A DNA stretch of 44,672 nucleotides from Alphaproteobacteria bacterium (GTDB taxonomy: Bacteria > Pseudomonadota > Alphaproteobacteria > Rs-D84). The DNA lies in assembly GCA_017522445.1 (NCBI GenBank), contig JAFWZK010000042.1, forward strand, positions 1-44,672, given 5' to 3'. This document shows positions 36,692 through 44,672 of this stretch, in pieces. A program made the position numbers and the translations under genes. The stretch's first letter is position 1, and the number at the start of each line of letters is the position of its first letter. Below the pieces are notes generated by a model. The model was given only the letters and a program-made list of their open reading frames with translations, was not told where the DNA came from and did no database searches.

Positions 36692-38686
36692 ATGAAAGTA
36701 TTTGTTGATGTGCATGATAAGCGCTGGAACAAGGTTAATGTCGATTTCGAAAAAATCGCAGCTGTCGTTGCAGGGGCAAAATATAAAAATGCAGAAGTGT
36801 CAATTATCCTGACCGATGATTCAGAAATTCATCAGATAAATAAACAATATCGCAATGTTGATAAGCCAACAAATGTTCTGTCGTTTGAATTGGGGGATGA
36901 TGTGTTGCTGGGGGATATTTATATATCATATGACACGGTCAAAAAAGAAGCACGTGAACAAGAAATTTCTTTTCATGACCATGTGGCACATATGGTGGTG
37001 CATGGGGTGCTGCATCTGATGGGGTACGACCATATCACGGATGATGAAGCACAAATTATGGAGTTCAAGGAAATAAAGGTGTTGCAAAAAATGGGAATAA
37101 ATAATCCATATGCAGATGAGGTGCGTTGTGTAAATGGTGATTGCTGTCCGGGGGCACGATTTGTTGCGTGGAAAAATAAATTGAAAATTCGTGAAAATGG
37201 TCTGGTGCAATATTTGCTGTACGCACTGTTTGGTGCGGTTGCCAGTTTTGGGTTCGCACCGTTCTATCAATGGTGGTGGACAATAATTGGTATTGGTGGG
37301 GCATACTGGCTGACCTTCAGAAATAATAATATTGGGGGATTTTGGAAATCGTTGGGACGGGTGGCACCATTTGGGGCAATGTATGCGATTGCTATGTTCT
37401 GGTGGACGTTGCATTCGATATATGTGGCCCCAGAACTGACCCAGCAATTCGCAATTTGGACCGTCCCAGGTGTTGTTGGGTTGGCAGTCGCAGGTGTGTT
37501 TATTTTTTCGTGGCCATTTGTTGCACTGGCCAGGTGCCAGGGTGGGGCGATTAAAAGAGTGGTTGTCTTTGCAACAGTGTGGACGTTGGTGCTGTGGGCC
37601 CGAGAGTGGATGTTCACAGGGTTCCCGTGGAATCCAATTGCAAATATAACAATGCAAATACCAATCTTGGCAAATTCAATGGCACTGTGGGGGGCGTTGG
37701 GGCTGACGCTTGTTATCGTTGGTGGAACGGCCGCAGTGGTTGAATTCTGCAGAAAACCAAAACTGAAATCAACAGGTGCAATCTGCGCGGCATTTGTGGC
37801 GGTGATGATTGTTGGGGCGGTCGCAGGTTGGAAAAATATGCAGTTGGCAGATGTCGGATATGCAGATGAAAATGTTTTAATCCGAATCGTTCAGCCCGCA
37901 ACCAGTCAATCACAAAAGGCAACACATAATCGAGATGCAGCAATCGCACAGGCCGAAGATAATCTGAAAAATTTGTTCCAGTTGGCAATGCAACCGGGAA
38001 ATCCAGAAATTATTATTTTCCCAGAAACAACGTATCCATTTGTGGTGATGGCACATGATAAAATTGAGTTTGTTGCCGCAATAAATAAACCTGTTATCAT
38101 GGGGGCAATGTCAATTGATTCTGGTGGGATGTTCAATTCAATGATTGTGACACAGCCATCGGGTGAAATAGATAAAATTTACAGCAAATCGCACCTGGTT
38201 CCGTTTGGTGAATATAAACCAATGGGAATATTGCCGGCACCTGTTAATCTGACACCGGGGACTGGGCCAGAAATTATCGAGGTCGTGGGATTTAATTTTG
38301 TGCCGGCGGTATGTTACGAGGTGGTTTTTTCCGATTCGCTGATGCCACAGGGAAATACAGAACGGTTAAATGCAATTGTTAATATTACAAATGATAACTG
38401 GTTCGGAAATACACCGGGAACATATCAGCATTTGGATATGGTGCGGCGATATGCAATCGAATCGGGGCTGCCTGTGGTCAGGGCGAACTATTCCGGAATC
38501 AGTGCGTTTGTTGCGTCTGATGGCGAGGTGGTTTCTGCGTTGCCAGTTGGTCAGCCAGGTATCTTGGACGGATTTGTCTGGGGCGAGCATAAAACACCAT
38601 ATCGGATTATCGGACTGAATGGATGGATGATTATTATACTGATTGTCGCTGTGGCGGTTGTGCGTTGGACGGAAAAACAAGAATAA
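36692..38686 (+). CDS. ybeY-lnt: Fusion of rRNA maturation RNase YbeY and apolipoprotein N-acyltransferase Lnt
   Basis: N-terminal YbeY motifs DKPTNVLSF, LGDIYIS, HGVLHLMGYDH; C-terminal Lnt motifs TGFPWN, FPET, KSHLVPFGEY, VCYE, TNDNWFG; one uninterrupted frame. Confidence 0.93.
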   Translation: MKVFVDVHDKRWNKVNVDFEKIAAVVAGAKYKNAEVSIILTDDSEIHQINKQYRNVDKPTNVLSFELGDDVLLGDIYISYDTVKKEAREQEISFHDHVAHMVVHGVLHLMGYDHITDDEAQIMEFKEIKVLQKMGINNPYADEVRCVNGDCCPGARFVAWKNKLKIRENGLVQYLLYALFGAVASFGFAPFYQWWWTIIGIGGAYWLTFRNNNIGGFWKSLGRVAPFGAMYAIAMFWWTLHSIYVAPELTQQFAIWTVPGVVGLAVAGVFIFSWPFVALARCQGGAIKRVVVFATVWTLVLWAREWMFTGFPWNPIANITMQIPILANSMALWGALGLTLVIVGGTAAVVEFCRKPKLKSTGAICAAFVAVMIVGAVAGWKNMQLADVGYADENVLIRIVQPATSQSQKATHNRDAAIAQAEDNLKNLFQLAMQPGNPEIIIFPETTYPFVVMAHDKIEFVAAINKPVIMGAMSIDSGGMFNSMIVTQPSGEIDKIYSKSHLVPFGEYKPMGILPAPVNLTPGTGPEIIEVVGFNFVPAVCYEVVFSDSLMPQGNTERLNAIVNITNDNWFGNTPGTYQHLDMVRRYAIESGLPVVRANYSGISAFVASDGEVVSALPVGQPGILDGFVWGEHKTPYRIIGLNGWMIIILIVAVAVVRWTEKQE

Positions 38687-38698
38687 AATAAAGATTTT

Positions 38699-38868
38699 GT
38701 GTGTTGCATGTTAGCAATATTTTCTGTGCCGGCGATGGCAGATGAACTGTCGGATGCCAGGGAACTGTATAATGTGGCAAAAAATGTTTGTGCAGGTGTG
38801 CCAAAGGAGTGGTGTCAGGCGATGTATCCCTGGCGGATTTTGATGAACAGTGTCAGTTGAAAGATTAA
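38699..38868 (+). pseudogene. Probable remnant of an exported-protein gene
   Basis: 38708-38860 reads MLAIFSVPAMA-DELSDARELYNVAKNVCAG..., a signal-peptide-like start; a second frame reads AKGVVSGDVSLADFDEQCQLKD* to 38868, just before the terminator. Confidence 0.45.
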
Positions 38869-38873
38869 ATCTG

Positions 38874-38902
38874 AATACCGCCAAATTGGCGGTATTTTTT
38901 TT
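38874..38902. terminator. Intrinsic terminator between convergent units
   Basis: AATACCGCCA-AAT-TGGCGGTATT followed by a T run. Confidence 0.85.
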
Positions 38903-39119
38903 AGTGTTCAGATGTGGGTATTGTCATTTGATTCAATATCCAAACACGTACCGCAGATGACAAATTTCTGGTGGCGGGACGCGTGGAATCGATTTCATTT
39001 ATTATCGATGCAACAGATTTGCCCATGTTGTGGGCCAGGGTACGCAATGCATCGATAAATTCAGGTTCCAGTTTTATACTGGTCTGATGACCCGATAAAG
39101 AAATAGATATCTTTTTCAT
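38901..39119 (-). CDS. Ribbon-helix-helix protein (RHH_4 type)
   Basis: KISISLSGHQTSIKLEPEFIDAL...NLSSAVRVWIL. Confidence 0.88.
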   Translation of the reverse strand: MKKISISLSGHQTSIKLEPEFIDALRTLAHNMGKSVASIINEIDSTRPATRNLSSAVRVWILNQMTIPTSEH

Positions 39120-39130
39120 TTTTTGTCTTT

Positions 39131-39565
39131 TTATATTTTGCCAACGATTAAACAGTCCAATAATGCCCGGTATGGGTCGTCATATTTGCGTATGGGCGTC
39201 AATGTTAAATTGTCCAGCATATAGCATTGACCAAATGCATCAAACGAAAACCAAAATAAATCATTGCGACCCAGTATCGTATACCCCAGTGTCTGGGGCA
39301 GGTTTGTTAATTGGTCGTTTATCTGCAAAATGGACGGTATCGGATAGCGGGAATCACGTATCATTTCGTTCGGTCCAAAAATATAACCACTGCCCAGATT
39401 AATGCCACCGCAAACCTGGTACAGTTCTGTCAGGAATTTCGGCAACATTGCACGGCGACGTTGCTGAAGCGATGTGTTGGTTAATGTTATGTCTGCAACT
39501 GATGCCGCAGGTAACAGCACCCCCCCACGAGAACGTATGGTTGATAAAAATTCGGAACATGTCAT
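39131..39565 (-). CDS. SMI1/KNR4 (SUKH)-like protein
   Basis: ASVADI...LPKFLTELYQVCGG resembles the SUKH signature; AAGGGGG RBS before MTCSEF (39565). Confidence 0.55.
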   Translation of the reverse strand: MTCSEFLSTIRSRGGVLLPAASVADITLTNTSLQQRRRAMLPKFLTELYQVCGGINLGSGYIFGPNEMIRDSRYPIPSILQINDQLTNLPQTLGYTILGRNDLFWFSFDAFGQCYMLDNLTLTPIRKYDDPYRALLDCLIVGKI

Positions 39566-39581
39566 AAATCTTGCCCCCTTT

Positions 39582-40085
39582 TTATATGTCGCGATCCGCC
39601 GCAATTTGTGCAGATATTTGTGCCAGACGATCTTCGGTCGCGTTGCCACCATCACCACCAGATGCCGTGTGTGCTGGCAGATATATTTTCTGGGCCGGAT
39701 TCGGTAACCATACGATTTCATTGCCAGATTGTTCAATTATAAATCTGTCCAGATTATGGCTGTGCGGAAATGTCCAACACATGAACATGTTATCCAGTTC
39801 CAATTTGCCACCCCATACCAATGGTACACGCAACCGAAATGACATGTTTTCAGGAACAGACCGCCCCATAATCAAATTCATAAATTCGTCCTGGGATAAA
39901 TTCATAAATGCCAATGTTTCAACCGTATCAGTCAAAGATGTCATAAACTGACGACATAATTGTTTATACTTTGGATACCAGTCGGGAGATACCGATGTGC
40001 GTTTTGGACGAAAAACGGTCAGTGGCATATCGGACATGCCCATATCTGAAAGTATTTTTTCTGCATTACTTGACGTCAGATACAT
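39582..40085 (-). CDS. HNH-toxin-like protein with a degenerate active site
   Basis: GRSVPENMSFRLRVPLVWGGKLELDNMFMCWTFPHSH resembles GxVPxxxxVHHxxPLxxGGxNxxxNLxLxxxxPxH with the HH pair replaced. Confidence 0.55.
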   Translation of the reverse strand: MYLTSSNAEKILSDMGMSDMPLTVFRPKRTSVSPDWYPKYKQLCRQFMTSLTDTVETLAFMNLSQDEFMNLIMGRSVPENMSFRLRVPLVWGGKLELDNMFMCWTFPHSHNLDRFIIEQSGNEIVWLPNPAQKIYLPAHTASGGDGGNATEDRLAQISAQIAADRDI

Positions 40086-41035
40086 TATATTTTATCCAGG
40101 TATTCTATCACAGTTGATATGTATGATGAAAACGCATCAAAATTGCCATCGTCGTCAGATGGTATCGGTGGATTTTCATGTTCATGCATATATTTATCCA
40201 AAGATGACGGTGTGTCAAATGTTAATATGTCCGGCGATTCGGGATTGTCTATGTCAAGGGGCGAAAGCACAAAGCCGTTTACATTTATTGTTATATCCTC
40301 TAGGGTATCTGCAAATATCTGGTTTATAATGTCCAAGGCCGATTGCAAGGTCGAAGTTTTGATACCAACCGCACCAATCCATATCGTTTCGTTTGTGCCA
40401 ATTGCAAACAGCGATGTTTGAACGCCACCGATTCGGGGCGTTGGCTTTATAACATAGCCAGCAGATTCAAATATTTGACGTAATTGGGGCCAATCATCGG
40501 TTTCTGTTTTTTGTTGAACTGGTGGTGTGGGGGTGGTGGTGGGGACTGGTTGTGCGACCGGTGTTGGGTGCAGTGTTGGTGTAACCGACAGATTCAGTCG
40601 CGGTGGCCGCGTCAGATTTATTTCTGGTATTTGATTGGGGGATGGTGTCGATTCTGTTTTAGGTTGCTGGGGCATACTGGCCACAGGTGTCGACTGTGCC
40701 ATGGGGGGTGTGTTTGCCACAGGATTTGTTGGTTTTGATGACGCGTTTTGGTGGGGTGAATGCGATGTATAGCGGTGCGGAATAGGAATTTTCCGTACGT
40801 GTGGTCTTAATAATAAATATAAAACATAGATAATTGAAAATACAGCAATTATCATCGATATATAAAATGTTGAATTGACCGGAATTTGTGCCGCCTGCAT
40901 ATAGCCCAGATATTTCCAATGGGATGCAGAAAATATGTTAAATCCAAATTGGTTGTTGAACCAAAAACATAACCCAAGGGACGCAACCGTCAGCCACAAG
41001 GTGCCCAGTAAAATATTGTTTATTTTGTCTCTCAT
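40085..41035 (-). CDS. Membrane protein: two TM segments, Pro/Thr-rich linker, acidic C-terminal alpha/beta domain
   Basis: Two N-terminal hydrophobic helices and a PTPVAQPVPTTTPTPP linker; start at MRDKIN (41035). Confidence 0.75.
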   Translation of the reverse strand: MRDKINNILLGTLWLTVASLGLCFWFNNQFGFNIFSASHWKYLGYMQAAQIPVNSTFYISMIIAVFSIIYVLYLLLRPHVRKIPIPHRYTSHSPHQNASSKPTNPVANTPPMAQSTPVASMPQQPKTESTPSPNQIPEINLTRPPRLNLSVTPTLHPTPVAQPVPTTTPTPPVQQKTETDDWPQLRQIFESAGYVIKPTPRIGGVQTSLFAIGTNETIWIGAVGIKTSTLQSALDIINQIFADTLEDITINVNGFVLSPLDIDNPESPDILTFDTPSSLDKYMHEHENPPIPSDDDGNFDAFSSYISTVIEYLDKI

Positions 41036-41079
41036 TGCGATTTTAATTGTATCATATTTGTGATAAAGTAAAAAGTACA

Positions 41080-41754
41080 ATGATAGATAACAATATTATT
41101 TTTGATGATTTTTCGCAAAATACTGCACTGTGGTGTGGCGGCGATATGGAACCTGGGGAACTGGCACGAGCCGTAGAGTATGTGCTGGAAAATAAAATGC
41201 GTATGTTGTCTGTGCCGCCAGATGTGGTAAAAACTGTCTGGCCATGGTTAGAGCGGACAGATGTTAAAATTGTGTCACGATTTTATTTAACAGGTAATAA
41301 AATTAATGAAAAACAAATCTCGGACGCGACAATAAATATAAATAATGTATTAAAACAGGGGGCAAATGGGGCACAGATTTTTCTGAAAAGTGCGGGACTG
41401 GGGGAACTGGTCGAACAGGTGCATGTTATTCGTGATGATTTGTTCTTTGATAAAGATTTGATAATCGGACTGGATATCGCGGATGTAGAACCGTGCGATT
41501 GGAAAACTGTTTATGAAAAATTGCGTAAAATAAATGCCAGTGCATTGATGCTGGTGCTGACACGTGATATGGGACTGGGGTCTGATTTCCCGGGAAGATT
41601 CTTTGGTGCAATGAATGCATGGGATACCGATAATAATTTCGATTTACATTTTATGCTGGGGAATAATCCAATGCGAATCGAACAAGTGATGCGTATAACG
41701 AAACTGATACAACCACAAATGTTGGAAAATATGCGATTCTTTGTTAATCACTGA
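41080..41754 (+). CDS. DeoC-like TIM-barrel protein, divergent
   Basis: LSVPPDVVKTVWPWLERTDVKIV and VLKQGANGAQI resemble DeoC segments; no FVKTSTG motif. Confidence 0.5.
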   Translation: MIDNNIIFDDFSQNTALWCGGDMEPGELARAVEYVLENKMRMLSVPPDVVKTVWPWLERTDVKIVSRFYLTGNKINEKQISDATININNVLKQGANGAQIFLKSAGLGELVEQVHVIRDDLFFDKDLIIGLDIADVEPCDWKTVYEKLRKINASALMLVLTRDMGLGSDFPGRFFGAMNAWDTDNNFDLHFMLGNNPMRIEQVMRITKLIQPQMLENMRFFVNH

Positions 41755-42371
41755 TTTCGTAAAATTAAATAGCGGGGCGATTCGGTGCCGGCTTTGTTTT
41801 TGTGCTGATAACGTGTTTGAATAATTTCCATGTCTGGGATTGTGGCAGACAGTGATGTGGATTTTGTCTGTTCCAAAATCCAATCAAAATATTCCCAGTG
41901 GTCGGTGCCAATAATAATTTCTCCGCTGTCGGTCAAGTATTTTGATAATGTGTTCAAGAAATCCGCAGACAGCAGGCGGCGTTTTTCATGGCGGCTTTTC
42001 GGCCAGGGGTCAGGGTGCAGTACCCAGATTTGTTCAAATTTCGAATCTGTATCCCGCAGAAAATCACGCACGTCATCCGCCCAAATACGAATACCAATAT
42101 ATTCGTCCATAACCCGATTCGTTTTTTCATCTGTTATGGCGGACAGCAGACTGGCCACGCCATTAATAAATGGTTCTGCACCAATAATGATTTTGCCAGG
42201 ATTGGCACGTGCCAGGTCGCGTACGTGTTCGCCCGCACCAAAGCCAATTTCCAAAATATCGCCATGCGTGGGTTTCAGGGTGGGCAACAGGTTGTTAATC
42301 AGTGCTGATTGACGTGCAGATAATTTTTTGCCGTGACGACGACCAAATGTTCTTATTTCTTGTTTTTCCAT
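41748..42371 (-). CDS. trmB: tRNA (guanine-N7)-methyltransferase
   Basis: RTFGRR, LEIGFGAGEH, AEPFING, HPDPWPKSRHEKRRL, GTD, TRY. Confidence 0.95.
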   Translation of the reverse strand: MEKQEIRTFGRRHGKKLSARQSALINNLLPTLKPTHGDILEIGFGAGEHVRDLARANPGKIIIGAEPFINGVASLLSAITDEKTNRVMDEYIGIRIWADDVRDFLRDTDSKFEQIWVLHPDPWPKSRHEKRRLLSADFLNTLSKYLTDSGEIIIGTDHWEYFDWILEQTKSTSLSATIPDMEIIQTRYQHKNKAGTESPRYLILRNQ

Positions 42372-42417
42372 GTTTTTAGTATAGAATTGAGTTAGCTAAA
42401 ACACAAGGAATATATAG

Positions 42418-42972
42418 ATGATGGAATTTCCAAGACGAATTGATTGTGGTGATTTTGAAATGCGTAAACCTGATGCGACTTTTCAGTTGGCGACAGAGTT
42501 GTTTCGTATGGTTGATAAAAATCGCACTTTTTTAGAGCCGTGGTTGGGTTGGGTGGATTTTGTAAAAAGTCCCGAGGATGAATTTAGTGTTGTGCAATCT
42601 GTGGCAAAAAAGGATACAGGAAAATATTTTATTTTTGTAAATGGTGCACTGCACGGTATGATTGGCTTTGTTCAAGAGCATAAATCAAAACAGACTGTTG
42701 AAATTGGGTATTGGTTGGATAATGCAGTGAATGGTCGTGGGATTATGAGCCGCGCAGTAGATAAATTAACAGCATTGGCGTTTGATGTGTGGGGCGCAAA
42801 TCGTGTCGAAATTCAAGCCGCGGTTGAAAATAAAAAATCACGTGCAATTCCGGAAAGACTTGGGTTTAATCAAGATGGAATTTTGCGTCAGCGTGAAATT
42901 GTTCGGCCAGGTGTAATTCAGAATGTTGTAATTTATTCAAAATTAAAGTCAGAACGGGGAAAAGGAAAATAA
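42418..42972 (+). CDS. GNAT acetyltransferase, RimJ/RimL/YdaF type
   Basis: FLEPWLGW, EIGYWL..GRGIM, ENKKSRAIPERLGF. Confidence 0.9.
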   Translation: MMEFPRRIDCGDFEMRKPDATFQLATELFRMVDKNRTFLEPWLGWVDFVKSPEDEFSVVQSVAKKDTGKYFIFVNGALHGMIGFVQEHKSKQTVEIGYWLDNAVNGRGIMSRAVDKLTALAFDVWGANRVEIQAAVENKKSRAIPERLGFNQDGILRQREIVRPGVIQNVVIYSKLKSERGKGK

Positions 42973-42974
42973 AA

Positions 42975-44564
42975 ATGAGAAATGGTTTGTCAAAAGATTT
43001 AATTGCACGGGTTTTGGGCGGGGTGCCAAAGTATACAATCGCAGAACTGGAAGAAAAATTCCCAGCACGCAATTTGGCAGAGGGTGCGATGGTGACGCGT
43101 GTCGCCCCCAGTCCAACGGGATTTATGCATCTGGGAACGTTGTATCAAATGATGATTGCAAAAAAATTAGCCCAGCAATCGAACGGGGTCTTTATGTTGC
43201 GAATCGAAGATACAGATACAAAACGTGAAGTCCAGGGGGCGGTTGATGTTATCTTGAAATGTGCAGATGCGTTTGGTTTGCACCCAGACGAAGGACCAAC
43301 GTATGGTGGCGATTATGGTTCGTACTATCAATCAGAACGCAAAGAGATTTATCACAGTGTTGTGGCAGAATTGCTGGAACGTGGGTTGGCGTATCCGTGC
43401 TTTTTATCTGCCGAAGAAATGGAAGAGATTCGAAACCGCCAAAAGGCCGCAGGTTGGGCAACGGGCATCTATGGTGAATGGGCCCGGGATCGGGATTTGA
43501 CCGAATCGGAAATCACAGAACGTTTGGATTCGGGATTGGTGCCTTCGATTCGTTTGTATTCAATGGGAAATAAAGATAATAAGGTTTTCTATAACGATAA
43601 AGTGCGTGGGCGATTGGCATTGCCGGAAAATGAAGAAGATATCGTTCTAATCAAATCAAATGATGGTTTGCCAACATATCATTTCGCACATTTGTGTGAT
43701 GACCATTTTATGCGGACGACATTGGTACAACGTGGTGAAGAATGGTTGTCTTCGTTAAATCTGCATTTGCAATTGTTCCGTATGATGGGATGGCAAAATC
43801 CTGAATATATTCACGTTGCAACAATTAACAAGTTAGACGAACAAACGGGAAATTCACGCAAACTGTCAAAACGTACAGACCCCGAAGCAAATACAATGCA
43901 TTATTTAACAGCAGGTTGGCCGATTGAGGCAGTGTTAAACTATCTGTATAATATTGTGGCATCTGGGTTCGAAGAAGAAAAAAATAAAAAGCCAGATACA
44001 ACAATTTGGAACTATCCATTACGGGTGAAAAAAATCCCAACCAGCAGTGCACTGTTTAATACGGATAAACTGGAATGGTGGGCCAAAGAGTTCATTGGTT
44101 CGTTGCCAGTGCCAGAATTGGTTTCGCGCGTTGTCAAATGGGCAAATGAATATGGAACGGAAACGAATCGGATGCAGGTCGCAGATGTAGATTATCTGAC
44201 AGGTGTTCTGGGAATTGAACGCGATAATCCAAAACGTGTACGCAAAGACTTTATCACATGGTCCCAGACGTTGGACAATGTTGCGTTTTTCTGGGATGAA
44301 TTGTTTGTGCCAAGTGCTGAATATGAATTTAACAAGGATGCTTTGTGTGCGTTCTTGGAAACATATAACGAATCGGATGATAAGGACACCTGGTGGGCAA
44401 AAATTGTTGCGGTTGCCGAATCGCTGGGGGTTAAAAATGGTGATGTTGCAATGAATCTGCGTGTGGCTTTGTCGGGTCGCACAAATACACCAGACCTGTA
44501 TTCAATTATGTCGGTTATGGGCGGTGAACGCGTGATTAAACGAATCGAAAAGGTGATAAAATGA
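42975..44564 (+). CDS. gltX: Glutamate--tRNA ligase
   Basis: TRVAPSPTGFMHLG, LRIEDTD, YQSER, PTYHFAH, RGEEW, KLSKR. Confidence 0.93.
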   Translation: MRNGLSKDLIARVLGGVPKYTIAELEEKFPARNLAEGAMVTRVAPSPTGFMHLGTLYQMMIAKKLAQQSNGVFMLRIEDTDTKREVQGAVDVILKCADAFGLHPDEGPTYGGDYGSYYQSERKEIYHSVVAELLERGLAYPCFLSAEEMEEIRNRQKAAGWATGIYGEWARDRDLTESEITERLDSGLVPSIRLYSMGNKDNKVFYNDKVRGRLALPENEEDIVLIKSNDGLPTYHFAHLCDDHFMRTTLVQRGEEWLSSLNLHLQLFRMMGWQNPEYIHVATINKLDEQTGNSRKLSKRTDPEANTMHYLTAGWPIEAVLNYLYNIVASGFEEEKNKKPDTTIWNYPLRVKKIPTSSALFNTDKLEWWAKEFIGSLPVPELVSRVVKWANEYGTETNRMQVADVDYLTGVLGIERDNPKRVRKDFITWSQTLDNVAFFWDELFVPSAEYEFNKDALCAFLETYNESDDKDTWWAKIVAVAESLGVKNGDVAMNLRVALSGRTNTPDLYSIMSVMGGERVIKRIEKVIK

Positions 44565-44672
44565 CCAAGGAAAAACGGGCCAGAATTCGGGCGGTTAAAA
44601 AAGATGAACATGGTTCAAGATTATTAAAAGTTCTGCGGGCAACGGGGTTGTTTCGCTGGGAAAAGCCCAGTA
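44561..44672 (+). CDS. Partial CDS running off the window end
   Basis: ATG overlaps the gltX TGA (ATGA); open reading MTKEKRARIRAVKKDEHGSRLLKVLRATGLFRWEKPS to the end. Confidence 0.55.
   Translation, partial: MTKEKRARIRAVKKDEHGSRLLKVLRATGLFRWEKPS

Overview
Mostly housekeeping chromosome of a compact bacterial genome: efp, fba, recA, typA, trxB, serS, xerD, greA, mutL, yajC-secD-secF, ftsK, rarA, trmB and gltX. MucR, the stand-alone ribbon-helix-helix protein and the J-domain protein point to Alphaproteobacteria; a reduced host-associated lineage such as Rs-D84 is my inference. The window also has a six-gene surface-glycan block and five co-oriented exported or outer-membrane proteins of unknown function. 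No rRNA, tRNA, IS transposase or cas gene was recognised. The most unusual signal is a non-coding repeat family in two arrays 27 kb apart, after efp and after ftsK. Each array opens with a 109-nt hairpin of identical geometry and a near-invariant 20-21 nt core. The 19/20-nt stem arms differ in sequence but still pair, and they are shuffled between units. Other notable items are a Ser-Ser-Ser leader peptide before serS, a YbeY-Lnt fusion, an apparently inactivated HNH-toxin/SUKH-immunity pair, several other apparent pseudo-enzymes, and a 44-aa membrane protein upstream of xerD that the ORF track missed. All family calls come from motif recognition by eye; no database search was run.
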